The position numbers were made by a program, and so were the translations under genes. Positions 49,090-58,860 of a stretch of 64,000 bases of DNA are shown here, one piece after another. Each line of letters starts with the position of its first letter. Position 1 is the stretch's first letter. The DNA is from an uncultured Verrucomicrobiae bacterium (GTDB lineage: Bacteria; Verrucomicrobiota; Verrucomicrobiia; Chthoniobacterales; UBA10450), in the NCBI GenBank assembly GCA_963772365.1, contig CAVYXA010000005.1, positions 32,001 through 96,000 on the forward strand. Reading direction: 5' to 3'. The notes under the pieces are model-generated. The model saw only the letters and a list, made by a program, of their open reading frames with translations, was not told where the DNA came from and made no database searches.

Positions 49090-50964
49090 ATGCCTGGCAT
49101 AGTTGGAATCGTTAGCCGCCGGCCGGCAGGCCAATGCGAGTCCCTGGTTTACTCAATGGCGGCTACGATGCAGCATGAGAGCTTTTACAAATCGGGAGCC
49201 CATTCTGCTCCGGAGCTGGGAATCTACGCGGCTTGGGTTGCGCATGAGAACTCGTTTGCCGCGAGTCAGGCCTTCTTCAACGAGCAACAGGATGTCGCGC
49301 TCCTCTTTTCGGGCGAATGCTTCGCGGATCCGGAAATTGTGTCCAACCTCCGGGAAAAAGGCCATAACATCACGACAACGAGGGACTGGTTAGTTCATCT
49401 CTACGAAGATGAAGGGGACAGATTTTTTGAAAAATTGAACGGCCTCTTTAGCGGATTGTTGATTGATAAACGACAGCGAAAAACATTTCTCTTCAACGAC
49501 CGGTACGGACTGGAACGCATCTATTTTCACGAACGGGATAACGATCTCTATTTTGCCAGCGAGGCGAAGGCTTTGTTGCGAGTTCTGCCCGAGCTAAGGG
49601 GATTTGATCGGGAGGGTGTCGCGCAGTTCGTCGCTTTCGGGTGTACGCTGCAAACACGAACGTTATTTCGGGGCGTTGAAATGCTCCCAGGAGCGTCGTG
49701 CTGGGCATTTGAAAACGGAACGTGCCGGAAACGAACTTATTTCTCTCCGAAGCAATGGGAGGAGCAAAGCTTCCTTTCGCCCGATGAATTTGAAACCCAG
49801 TTTCAAGAGACATTTGCAGAGATATTGCCCAAGTACTTCGAATCGGAATCAAAAATCGGTATCTCGCTAACCGCCGGTTTGGATTCCCGAATGATTATGG
49901 CGTGTCTTCCAGGAACAAAACAGCCGCCTGTTTGTTATACATTCTCCGGCCAACATCGGGATACGTTAGATGCCCGTCTGGCGGCCCAGGTTGCGAAAGC
50001 CTGTGGCCTGGAACACAAAACTTTTCCCGTTCGTCCCGATTTTTTCTCCGACTTCAGATCTCTTGTCGATCAAACCGTTTACCTCAGCGACGGCTATCTG
50101 GGAGTTCTCGGCGCACATGAGATTTACTTTAACGGGCGGGCGCGCCAGTTGGCGCCCGTGCGAATCACCGGAAATTTCGGAAGCGAGATCCTTCGAAACG
50201 TTTCGACGTTCAAGTCGCGTCGGCTTTCACCTGAACTGATCAATCCGGATGTTCTTCGAGATACAGGTGACGTAGCGTCTGCTCTCGATCGAAACCGATG
50301 TAACCCGGTCAGTTTTGCGGCATTCCGGGAAATACCGTGGAAAAGATTTGGAATCCTGAAGGCGGGAAGTTCTCAATGTGCTTTTCGAACTCCTTATCTT
50401 GATAATCGACTTGTAGGCCTGGCCTATCGAGCCCCTGAAAGCCTCCGCAACTCCCCGTATCCGGCGCTGCGTCTTGTGGAGAAGAACCATCGGGGTCTTA
50501 CTCAAATTCCGACAGACATGGGGTTCACTATATATAATCGGAAGGCTCCTCTGTTTCGAAATGCGTTTTTCAAGGCGACCTTCAAACTGGATTATCTCTA
50601 CAATGATGGTCTGCCTCACTTTCTATCTTCGCTAGACCCATTTTTTAGGGGAGTGCATTTGAGGTCAGGTCTTTTGGGCCTTCACAAATTCCTTCATTAC
50701 CGAACATGGTTTCAGCATGAGCTTGCGAACTATATTGTTGAAAGTTTGGAAGGCGCGCGAACAAACGCGGACTGTTTCTGGAATCCTCGTTTTCTTGAAC
50801 ACGTTGGGATAGGCCATACGCGCGGCCGAAAGAACTACCTCCAGGAGATCGACATCGTGCTGACCTTGCAAGCTGTCGAGCGACTGCTTTTTACAGATCT
50901 GCCTCGCTCCATTAATCCAGTTCCGACTTCCATCCGATCGGTTGAACTGGCAACAGCACATTAG
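49090..50964 (+). CDS. AsnB-like amide ligase lacking the N-terminal catalytic Cys
   Basis: Starts MPGIVG; NDRYG, FASEAKAL, SLTAGLDSR, RTPYLDN. Confidence 0.85.
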   Translation: MPGIVGIVSRRPAGQCESLVYSMAATMQHESFYKSGAHSAPELGIYAAWVAHENSFAASQAFFNEQQDVALLFSGECFADPEIVSNLREKGHNITTTRDWLVHLYEDEGDRFFEKLNGLFSGLLIDKRQRKTFLFNDRYGLERIYFHERDNDLYFASEAKALLRVLPELRGFDREGVAQFVAFGCTLQTRTLFRGVEMLPGASCWAFENGTCRKRTYFSPKQWEEQSFLSPDEFETQFQETFAEILPKYFESESKIGISLTAGLDSRMIMACLPGTKQPPVCYTFSGQHRDTLDARLAAQVAKACGLEHKTFPVRPDFFSDFRSLVDQTVYLSDGYLGVLGAHEIYFNGRARQLAPVRITGNFGSEILRNVSTFKSRRLSPELINPDVLRDTGDVASALDRNRCNPVSFAAFREIPWKRFGILKAGSSQCAFRTPYLDNRLVGLAYRAPESLRNSPYPALRLVEKNHRGLTQIPTDMGFTIYNRKAPLFRNAFFKATFKLDYLYNDGLPHFLSSLDPFFRGVHLRSGLLGLHKFLHYRTWFQHELANYIVESLEGARTNADCFWNPRFLEHVGIGHTRGRKNYLQEIDIVLTLQAVERLLFTDLPRSINPVPTSIRSVELATAH

Positions 50965-50971
50965 CGGTCGT

Positions 50972-51757
50972 ATGTTTATTGCGTCTGACTTTGTCGTAGT
51001 TCACTTGTCGAAAACTGGCGGCACATTCGTAGAACGAACGCTGCGCGAGATGTTTTGTTCTAGCGCACTGGGCCGCAAGATCCACCGGCTAAAGACAAGA
51101 TATGGCGTGCCGATCCCTTTTTATCCTTATCGATACGACGAACAATGCGATCAACACGCTCTCTGTAATGACATTCCCGAATCGCAGCGTGGCAAGACGA
51201 TTATGTCATGCATTCGTAATCCATTCGATCTGTACGTGTCGGAATATACCTTTGGATGGTGGAAGAAACATCCGGGAAAATGGTTTCACGATCTCCCCGC
51301 GTTCGAGAAGCTTTATCCTGATTGGCGTAGCTTTAGTTTTGGAGAGTTCTTCTCAATATCCTGCCGCCATGCATCGTGGGTTCAACGGACTTTGGCGGAG
51401 TATCCTAAAGCCAATCGGCTAGGCTGGTTTTCACATAAATTCGTCTACTACTACTGTCGCGATTACGACTATGTTTTCCAAGCGGTCGAGGATCCCGATC
51501 TTTTCTTCAATCGGGTCAAAGAAACCATGTATCCGGTTCACTTCATCCATACAGAACAACTAAACCGCGAGCTCTACGCATTTCTTCTGGCCAAGGGTTA
51601 CGCCGAGGAGCGAATCGCTTCTATTCCGACAAAAGAGAAAATCAACACGAGTCGAAAAGATTACAATTGGCGGAAGTGGTATGACGAGGAATTGCGGCGT
51701 GGGATTGAAGAGAAAGATGCATTGATCTTTCGATTGTTTCCCGAGTTTCAGTTTTAG
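50972..51757 (+). CDS. Sulfotransferase-like protein
   Basis: VHLSKTGGT, IRNPFDLYVSEY, WRKWYDEE. Confidence 0.75.
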   Translation: MFIASDFVVVHLSKTGGTFVERTLREMFCSSALGRKIHRLKTRYGVPIPFYPYRYDEQCDQHALCNDIPESQRGKTIMSCIRNPFDLYVSEYTFGWWKKHPGKWFHDLPAFEKLYPDWRSFSFGEFFSISCRHASWVQRTLAEYPKANRLGWFSHKFVYYYCRDYDYVFQAVEDPDLFFNRVKETMYPVHFIHTEQLNRELYAFLLAKGYAEERIASIPTKEKINTSRKDYNWRKWYDEELRRGIEEKDALIFRLFPEFQF

Positions 51758-51829
51758 GGTTCGGCGAACGGTTCGTGGTTGTCAGCAAATGAGATCGGTC
51801 AACGGATTGAAATCAGAGGCGGTTTCGCA

Positions 51830-52822
51830 ATGATGAAATCCAAGAGATTCTCAGAGAAGAGATTTCTGATCATCGGAGGCACAAGCAGGGCCGGAACAAC
51901 CGCTGTATTCAATTATCTCGCCGGTCACCCGGAAATGTGCGCCTCGATCGCCAAAGAGACGCGGTTCTTTCTGGATCGCGGTTACCCGCTCCGCTCGGAG
52001 AAGCGATATGCAAGAGACGGGGCGGAAGCGTACCTCTCGTTCTTTGAAAACAAAGCAGAGCGAAACGGAGGACGCTGGTGTTTGGAAGCTACCCCGGACT
52101 ACCTTTACTCTCAGGGTACCGCTAATTTAATTCATGAAACCCTGCCGAACGTTTCCTTCATTTTTATCTTACGCGATCCGGTTTCAAGACTGATTTCTTT
52201 TTATCGGTTTGGTCGGCAGCTGAATGAAATCCCTTCCCGGATGAGCTTTGATCAGTACGTCGAACTGCAAAAAAATGACTCCTGCAAGTCGCTCTTGGAT
52301 AAGTATCGGCACCCTGCCTTTTGCGCCCTGCCGCATGGCCGTTACTCGGTCTATTTGAAGCCATATCTCGAGTTGTTTGGGAGATCGGCGATCCACATAG
52401 AATTTTACGAGGATCTGAAACGCAATCCGACCAGCTTCGTGCAATCGATTTGCCGGTGGGCCGGGATAAACGAGAGCTATTTCCATCATCGACCTCTCGA
52501 AGTCGCGAACAAGAGCATGAACGTGCGGAGCCAGCGTTTGAATCGCACATACTTTGAAGTGAAACGAAGAGCTCTGATTTTTAAGCGCCGTAATCCGCGG
52601 TTGTGGTCGATTCTCCATGCGGCGTTGCATCGAGCAGACGTCGGCTACAGGAAGATGAACATCAAGAAGCCGAACGAGGTCACAATGTCTCTTTCGACGA
52701 AGGAGCTACTGTCAAACTATTACCGGGAGGAGCCTGCACAGCTTTCGGAGCTTTTGGGTATTGAAATCCCATGGTTGGAAAAGATGCCAGCCGATTCAGC
52801 GGACAGGCGGGCAGCTTCCTGA
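51830..52822 (+). CDS. Sulfotransferase
   Basis: IIGGTSRAGTT, KETRFF, EATPDYL, LRDPVSRLIS, YEDL. Confidence 0.88.
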   Translation: MMKSKRFSEKRFLIIGGTSRAGTTAVFNYLAGHPEMCASIAKETRFFLDRGYPLRSEKRYARDGAEAYLSFFENKAERNGGRWCLEATPDYLYSQGTANLIHETLPNVSFIFILRDPVSRLISFYRFGRQLNEIPSRMSFDQYVELQKNDSCKSLLDKYRHPAFCALPHGRYSVYLKPYLELFGRSAIHIEFYEDLKRNPTSFVQSICRWAGINESYFHHRPLEVANKSMNVRSQRLNRTYFEVKRRALIFKRRNPRLWSILHAALHRADVGYRKMNIKKPNEVTMSLSTKELLSNYYREEPAQLSELLGIEIPWLEKMPADSADRRAAS

Positions 52823-52838
52823 ACAGAGCACCAAAGAA

Positions 52839-54344
52839 ATGAGCGCCGTAGTCGAGACCGCCGAGCCTGTGCTGACCAAAATCAGCCGGCAAAGCATCAT
52901 CGTGTTTCTGACCAGAGCCGTGGCGGTGCTGCTGGGAATCGGCTCAACTTTTCTTCTGGCCAGGATTCTGGGACCCTCTGGATTTGGAAAGTTTCGGCTT
53001 GGATCTGTCGTAGTCCAACTGGTGACGGGATTCTGTATTCTTGGATTGGACAGAGCCTTGCTTCGATATCTCCCGGCTCTAGAGACTCGCGCCGAAAGCG
53101 GTAGAGGTCTCTTGATTCGGGCCGGCAGCATTGTGTTCGTTATATCGGTGGCTTTGTCGATCCTCTTGTTCGCCAACGCTTACCTTGTCGCAACGCTTGT
53201 ATTTCACTCCCGCGAAATGGCCGGCGTCATCCGTTTCTTTTCGTTGCAGATTCCGGTCCTCGCGGCTTTCCGGTTCTTTTCGGGTGCAGTTACCGCATCA
53301 AAACGTTTCGATTACGCATCGAAGATCACCAATATTCTTTCCCCCACGATTTTTGTAGTACCGCTGATCCTCCTGTTTGTAGTGCATCCAAGTATTTACG
53401 GGACAATCAGTGCACGTATCGTGGGACAGTTTGTGGCGGTTGCATGTCTCGCCCTGTTTCTTCTCCGGCGTTATCCGAATGTGACTCAAAACGGACCGGC
53501 CGCCCCAGGTACGTTCAAAAGCTATGTCATGCTTTCGGTTCCGCTTTTTATGATCGGGCTCGGATATCAGTTGTTGCATCAGATGGATACGCTAATGCTC
53601 GGATATTTTTCCAGCCAGAAGGATGTCGGCATTTATTCTGTGGCTTTGAAAATATCTGCTTTTGTTCTCATCGGGATCGAAATCATGTTGCCGATTGTCT
53701 CCCCCTTGTTTTCGCAATTTTGTGAGACCCGTGACCGCCAGTCGATGGAGGGACTGTTTAATACGAGCACGAAGTGGCTGTCCTACGCGGGACTGGTGAT
53801 ATTCACCTGCATCGCTATTTTCCGCGAGGAGGTGTTGCACGTTTTCGGAAAGGGATTCGTCGGCGGCTCGACTGTTTTGCTGATACTTTCTGCCGGGCAA
53901 TTGGTGAATGCGGCGACCGGCCCAACGGGAGCGCTGCTGACTATGACTGGTAAACAAAAGTGGGAGCTTGCCAATACAGGGGTAATGGTCGGGATAAATT
54001 TCCTGCTGAACCTCCTGTTGATCCCGAGAATGGGAATGACCGGCGCAGCAATCGCGACGGCCACTAGCATTGCGCTTATCAATAGCGCGAAACTTATTCA
54101 AGTTTATCTGCTATTCGGAATACGCGCGTATGACTGGAGATTTTTAAAAGGGCTGATTGCGGTTGGAACCGCAGCGGCAGTCGCTTACGCGTTTCGGCTC
54201 TGGTTGGAGAATTTCGGGTGCGGTCCTTACACGGTAATGCCGGTGGGTGGAATGGCATTCCTGATTACGGCTGGGACTGCATTCTGGCTGCTGGGACTGG
54301 ACCAGGAAGATAAGCTGGCCCTGGTGGCTCTGCGCAGGCGGTAG
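52839..54344 (+). CDS. Wzx-type polysaccharide flippase
   Basis: LARILGPSGFG, DTLMLGYF, VGIYSVA; many TM segments. Confidence 0.9.
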   Translation: MSAVVETAEPVLTKISRQSIIVFLTRAVAVLLGIGSTFLLARILGPSGFGKFRLGSVVVQLVTGFCILGLDRALLRYLPALETRAESGRGLLIRAGSIVFVISVALSILLFANAYLVATLVFHSREMAGVIRFFSLQIPVLAAFRFFSGAVTASKRFDYASKITNILSPTIFVVPLILLFVVHPSIYGTISARIVGQFVAVACLALFLLRRYPNVTQNGPAAPGTFKSYVMLSVPLFMIGLGYQLLHQMDTLMLGYFSSQKDVGIYSVALKISAFVLIGIEIMLPIVSPLFSQFCETRDRQSMEGLFNTSTKWLSYAGLVIFTCIAIFREEVLHVFGKGFVGGSTVLLILSAGQLVNAATGPTGALLTMTGKQKWELANTGVMVGINFLLNLLLIPRMGMTGAAIATATSIALINSAKLIQVYLLFGIRAYDWRFLKGLIAVGTAAAVAYAFRLWLENFGCGPYTVMPVGGMAFLITAGTAFWLLGLDQEDKLALVALRRR

Positions 54345-54370
54345 AGGTTTTCAAGTCATTTGAGACCCAG

Positions 54371-55165
<795 letters not shown>

Positions 55166-55258
55166 TGGTAGGAATGGACCGCCGGGCCGTCCGATTGTGA
55201 CAAAGTCACAGGTCTCTGATTTAACGTTGTAACGAGGTAACAATTCAACCCTCCTCTA

Positions 55259-56251
55259 ATGAATATCTTGATCCTTAAACGGGGCGCGACGGGCGACGTG
55301 GTAAGGACGACGCCATTACTGGCCCGGCTAGAAGGAAATTTCACCTGGATCACGGAAGCGAATAATGCCGTTCTGCTTAAAGGACTGGGGAAACATCTGC
55401 GTTGTTTCGCTTGGGAAGATCGGGAAAAAGCGCTGGATAGATCCTACGATCTGGCAATCAACCTCGAGGATACTGTCGATGTAGCTCAATTTCTGAAACA
55501 GCTAAAATGCAGCGATCTCTTTGGCGCTTACCTTGGCCCCAACAACTCCTTGCGATACACCAAAAATTCGCAGTGTTGGTTCGATCTCAGCATCATCAGT
55601 ACTCTGGGAAAGCTGAAAGCTGACAAGCTGAAATTCGGAAATCGAAAGACGTATCAACAGTTGATTTTTAAGGGTATTGGCTTCGAGTTTGCCGGCGAAA
55701 CCTATTTGCTGCCGGATGCCATTGAGACCGGTCTGACTGGCGATATAGCTATCGCCGCGGAAGCCGGGATGGTGTGGCCGATGAAGAAGTGGGCGCATTA
55801 TCTCGAACTGAAACGAGCTTTGGAAGCGGAGGGTTTTAGGGTGAATGTGTTGCCGAAGAGAGGATCTCTTCTGGAACATTTGGCCGATGTCCGCAATCAT
55901 CAATGCCTCGTTAGCGGTGACAGTCTCCCGATGCATTTCGCGCTCGGGACAGGAACCCGCTGCGTAACGTTGTTCACCTGCACGAGCCCATGGGAGATCT
56001 ACGATTACGGTGTTCAGGCAAAAATCGTTTCACCTTTGCTGGAAGAATTCTTTTATAAGCGCGGCTATGACGAGCGGGCGACGACATCGATCAGCGTTGA
56101 TCAAGTGTTCGAGGCCGTGATGCAGCAACTGGCAGCTTCAAAGGTCAGATCCGCCAAAGGACGGATTCGCCGTGGCGAAGGTCAGAAATCAGAAGTCAGC
56201 GCGATTGAAAGCGCGGAGCGCGATGCTGCTCGTGACAAGGCAATAGTATGA
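55259..56251 (+). CDS. Glycosyltransferase family 9-like
   Basis: GATGDVVRTTP, WPMKKW, VSGDSLPMHFA. Confidence 0.85.
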   Translation: MNILILKRGATGDVVRTTPLLARLEGNFTWITEANNAVLLKGLGKHLRCFAWEDREKALDRSYDLAINLEDTVDVAQFLKQLKCSDLFGAYLGPNNSLRYTKNSQCWFDLSIISTLGKLKADKLKFGNRKTYQQLIFKGIGFEFAGETYLLPDAIETGLTGDIAIAAEAGMVWPMKKWAHYLELKRALEAEGFRVNVLPKRGSLLEHLADVRNHQCLVSGDSLPMHFALGTGTRCVTLFTCTSPWEIYDYGVQAKIVSPLLEEFFYKRGYDERATTSISVDQVFEAVMQQLAASKVRSAKGRIRRGEGQKSEVSAIESAERDAARDKAIV

Positions 56252-57561
56252 TTGTCTCGGAGATTAGCGATCAGAAGTTCGCCCCGGCGAATCCGTCCAC
56301 GGGCGGATCAGATATCGCGGTCGACTGTTCCGCCCGCGGTCCTCAGTCCTCCGTCCTCAGTCATCCGACTCTGCATGTCGCTTTGCTGAGCGGTGGCGGA
56401 GACAAGCCTTACGCGCTGGGGATGGCCGAAGGGCTAACCTCAGCCGATGTGTTTGTTGATCTTGTTGGCAGTAATGATCACTCGGCGCCAGGACTGTTGG
56501 GCATTCCTCGTTTGAACTTTCTTAATCTCCGAGGTGATCAGTCGACGGAGGCAAACTGGTTGGCAAAGATTTCGAGAGTATCGAAATATTATATTCGACT
56601 GATTCGGTACGCTGCGACGGCAGAACCCAAAGTGTTTCACATCTTGTGGAACAACAAGTTTGAATTTTTCGATCGGACGCTCTTGTTGATCTATTACAAA
56701 TTGCTGGGCAAGAAGATCGTTTTTACGGCCCATAATGTAAACGCAGGCAAACGCGATTTGAATGATTCGTGGCTTAACAGATTGTCGCTGCGAATTCACT
56801 ATCGCCTGTGCGATCACATTTTCGTTCACACCGACAGTATGAAACGGGAACTCACGATGGATTTCGGAGTCCCGCAACGCAAGGTGAGCGTCATCCCGTT
56901 TGGAATTAACAACACGGTTCCGAACACAAACTTATCAAGAGGAGAGGCAAGACAACATCTTGGCCTGACAGATGGCGATCGGGCGCTGTTGTTCTTCGGC
57001 AACATCGCGCCTTACAAGGGGCTGGAATATCTGATCGCGGCATTCACAAAACTCTCAGAGAGGGACACTAGTTACCGATTGATTGTCGCGGGAAGACTCA
57101 AAGGGGACGAGAGTTACCGGCACCGCATTCAGCGAGTGCTGAAAAATTGTGGTGTGCGCGACCGAATCGTTGAACGGATGGAATACGTGCCCGATGAGGA
57201 GACAGAATTGTATTTCAAAGCGGCCGACGTCCTAATTCTGCCCTACACCCGCGTATTTCAGAGTGGCGTGCTCTTTTTGGGATATAGTTTTGGTCTTCCC
57301 GCGATTGTCGCCGACGTGGGCGAACTGAGACAAGACATCATCGAAGGCGAGACGGGATTTGTATTTGAACCGCGGAACTCATCCGACCTCATGGCCAGGA
57401 TCGACAGGTACTTTAGGAGCGACTTATTTCACGATGCGGAAAAGACACGATCAAGGATCAAGGCCTACGCCAACAAGCGCTACGCGTGGAGCAAAGTTGC
57501 CGCAATCACCAAGGAAGTTTACACGAATCTTTTGCAGTCGAGACCTGGCGCGCTGGCTTAA
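56248..57561 (+). CDS. Glycosyltransferase family 4
   Basis: LFFGNIAPYKGL, ADVLILPY, QSGV, GETGFVF; repeat-derived N-terminal extension. Confidence 0.9.
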   Translation: MIVSEISDQKFAPANPSTGGSDIAVDCSARGPQSSVLSHPTLHVALLSGGGDKPYALGMAEGLTSADVFVDLVGSNDHSAPGLLGIPRLNFLNLRGDQSTEANWLAKISRVSKYYIRLIRYAATAEPKVFHILWNNKFEFFDRTLLLIYYKLLGKKIVFTAHNVNAGKRDLNDSWLNRLSLRIHYRLCDHIFVHTDSMKRELTMDFGVPQRKVSVIPFGINNTVPNTNLSRGEARQHLGLTDGDRALLFFGNIAPYKGLEYLIAAFTKLSERDTSYRLIVAGRLKGDESYRHRIQRVLKNCGVRDRIVERMEYVPDEETELYFKAADVLILPYTRVFQSGVLFLGYSFGLPAIVADVGELRQDIIEGETGFVFEPRNSSDLMARIDRYFRSDLFHDAEKTRSRIKAYANKRYAWSKVAAITKEVYTNLLQSRPGALA

Positions 57562-57562
57562 G

Positions 57563-58375
57563 ATGACAATCGAAGTCGATCCTCAACAGACGCAACAAGT
57601 GGCGCCAGTTTCGAGCGGCGGAGAGCATCGCGCGTTCGGTGGTCTTTTGGTTCGCAAAGAGTCGTGGCGACTGTCCGGTTTGGGAAGATTGATTGTGGCA
57701 ATTGCGGCTGCGGGATTGGTCACTTGGATTTTTTTGGGAATTTTTCCCTTTCTCGCGATCACGGCCAGGGTGGATACCGACACGCTCGTGGTGGAGGGGT
57801 GGGTGCATAAGGCTGCCATTCGCATGGCCGTGCAGGAGTTCAAAAGTGGTTCCTATCAACATCTGTTTACGACCGGCGGTCCCGTGGTTGGAAATGGAGG
57901 TTACGTCAACGACTACCAAACAGCCGCCAGCGTCGGAGCCGATCTGCTAAAAAAGTTTGGAGTTCCAGCTGAGTCCGTCCAGATGGTTCCGTCGCGTGAA
58001 ATGGATCGGGACCGAACCTATAGCTCTGCCGTTGCACTGCGAAACTGGTTTCGGGATCACGACATCCGGGTTCGTAGTTTTGACATTCTTACGGAGGATC
58101 TGCATGCTCGGCGGACGCGCCTTCTTTTTCAGGAAGCGTTCGGCGACACCGTGAAGGTTGGCATTATTTCTATTCCGAACCCCGATTACGATCAGAAGCA
58201 CTGGTGGCGTTATAGTGAAGGAGTGGAGAGCGCCCTGGGCGAGACGGTGGCGTATCTGTATGCGAAGTTTTTCTTTTGGCCGGCGAGTCCAAAGGACGAG
58301 ACCACGGGACAACGCGACAACAAGACCATGAGACAACGGCAAGACGAGACCAGGGACAGCCTGTCTACAAGATAA
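57563..58375 (+). CDS. YdcF/DUF218 (ElyC/SanA-like) protein
   Basis: TM, LVVEGW, FTTGG, RTYSSA, HARRTRLLF. Confidence 0.75.
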   Translation: MTIEVDPQQTQQVAPVSSGGEHRAFGGLLVRKESWRLSGLGRLIVAIAAAGLVTWIFLGIFPFLAITARVDTDTLVVEGWVHKAAIRMAVQEFKSGSYQHLFTTGGPVVGNGGYVNDYQTAASVGADLLKKFGVPAESVQMVPSREMDRDRTYSSAVALRNWFRDHDIRVRSFDILTEDLHARRTRLLFQEAFGDTVKVGIISIPNPDYDQKHWWRYSEGVESALGETVAYLYAKFFFWPASPKDETTGQRDNKTMRQRQDETRDSLSTR

Positions 58376-58389
58376 CAGACCAAAACGAA

Positions 58390-58824
58390 ATGAGAGACTA
58401 CACCAAGATTAAAGCCTGGCAGCTTTCCGACGATCTGACAGTTGCGGTCTATAATATCACACGATCTTTTCCAAAGGAGGAAGTGTACAGTCTGACCAAC
58501 CAATTGCGCCGGGCTTCGTATTCCGTGCCGGCAAACATTGCCGAGGGAGCATCGCGCGAAAGCAAAAAGGATTATCTTCATTTCCTTTATATTGCCCGCG
58601 GGTCTTTATCCGAAGCGCAATATTTCATTCACCTGTCTCGGCGACTTGAGTATCTCTCAGAAGAAGGTGCAACGGAACTGGACGCGCAAACCAAGGTGGC
58701 TTTCGGGTGCTTACACGGCTTGATTCAAGCCGTAGAAAAAGAAACAGGTAAGGTCGGAAAAGCTATCGCCGCTATTACCAGCCTGATGGTTATCGGCTTC
58801 GCTCGGTTTTCGACGGGTCAGTAG
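58390..58824 (+). CDS. Four helix bundle protein (second copy)
   Basis: IKAWQ, FPKEEVYSLTNQLRRASYSVPANIAEG, FLYIARGSLSE. Confidence 0.92.
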   Translation: MRDYTKIKAWQLSDDLTVAVYNITRSFPKEEVYSLTNQLRRASYSVPANIAEGASRESKKDYLHFLYIARGSLSEAQYFIHLSRRLEYLSEEGATELDAQTKVAFGCLHGLIQAVEKETGKVGKAIAAITSLMVIGFARFSTGQ

Positions 58825-58860
58825 TCCGTCGTCAGTTGTCGGTAGTCGTCTAGTTTTGCT

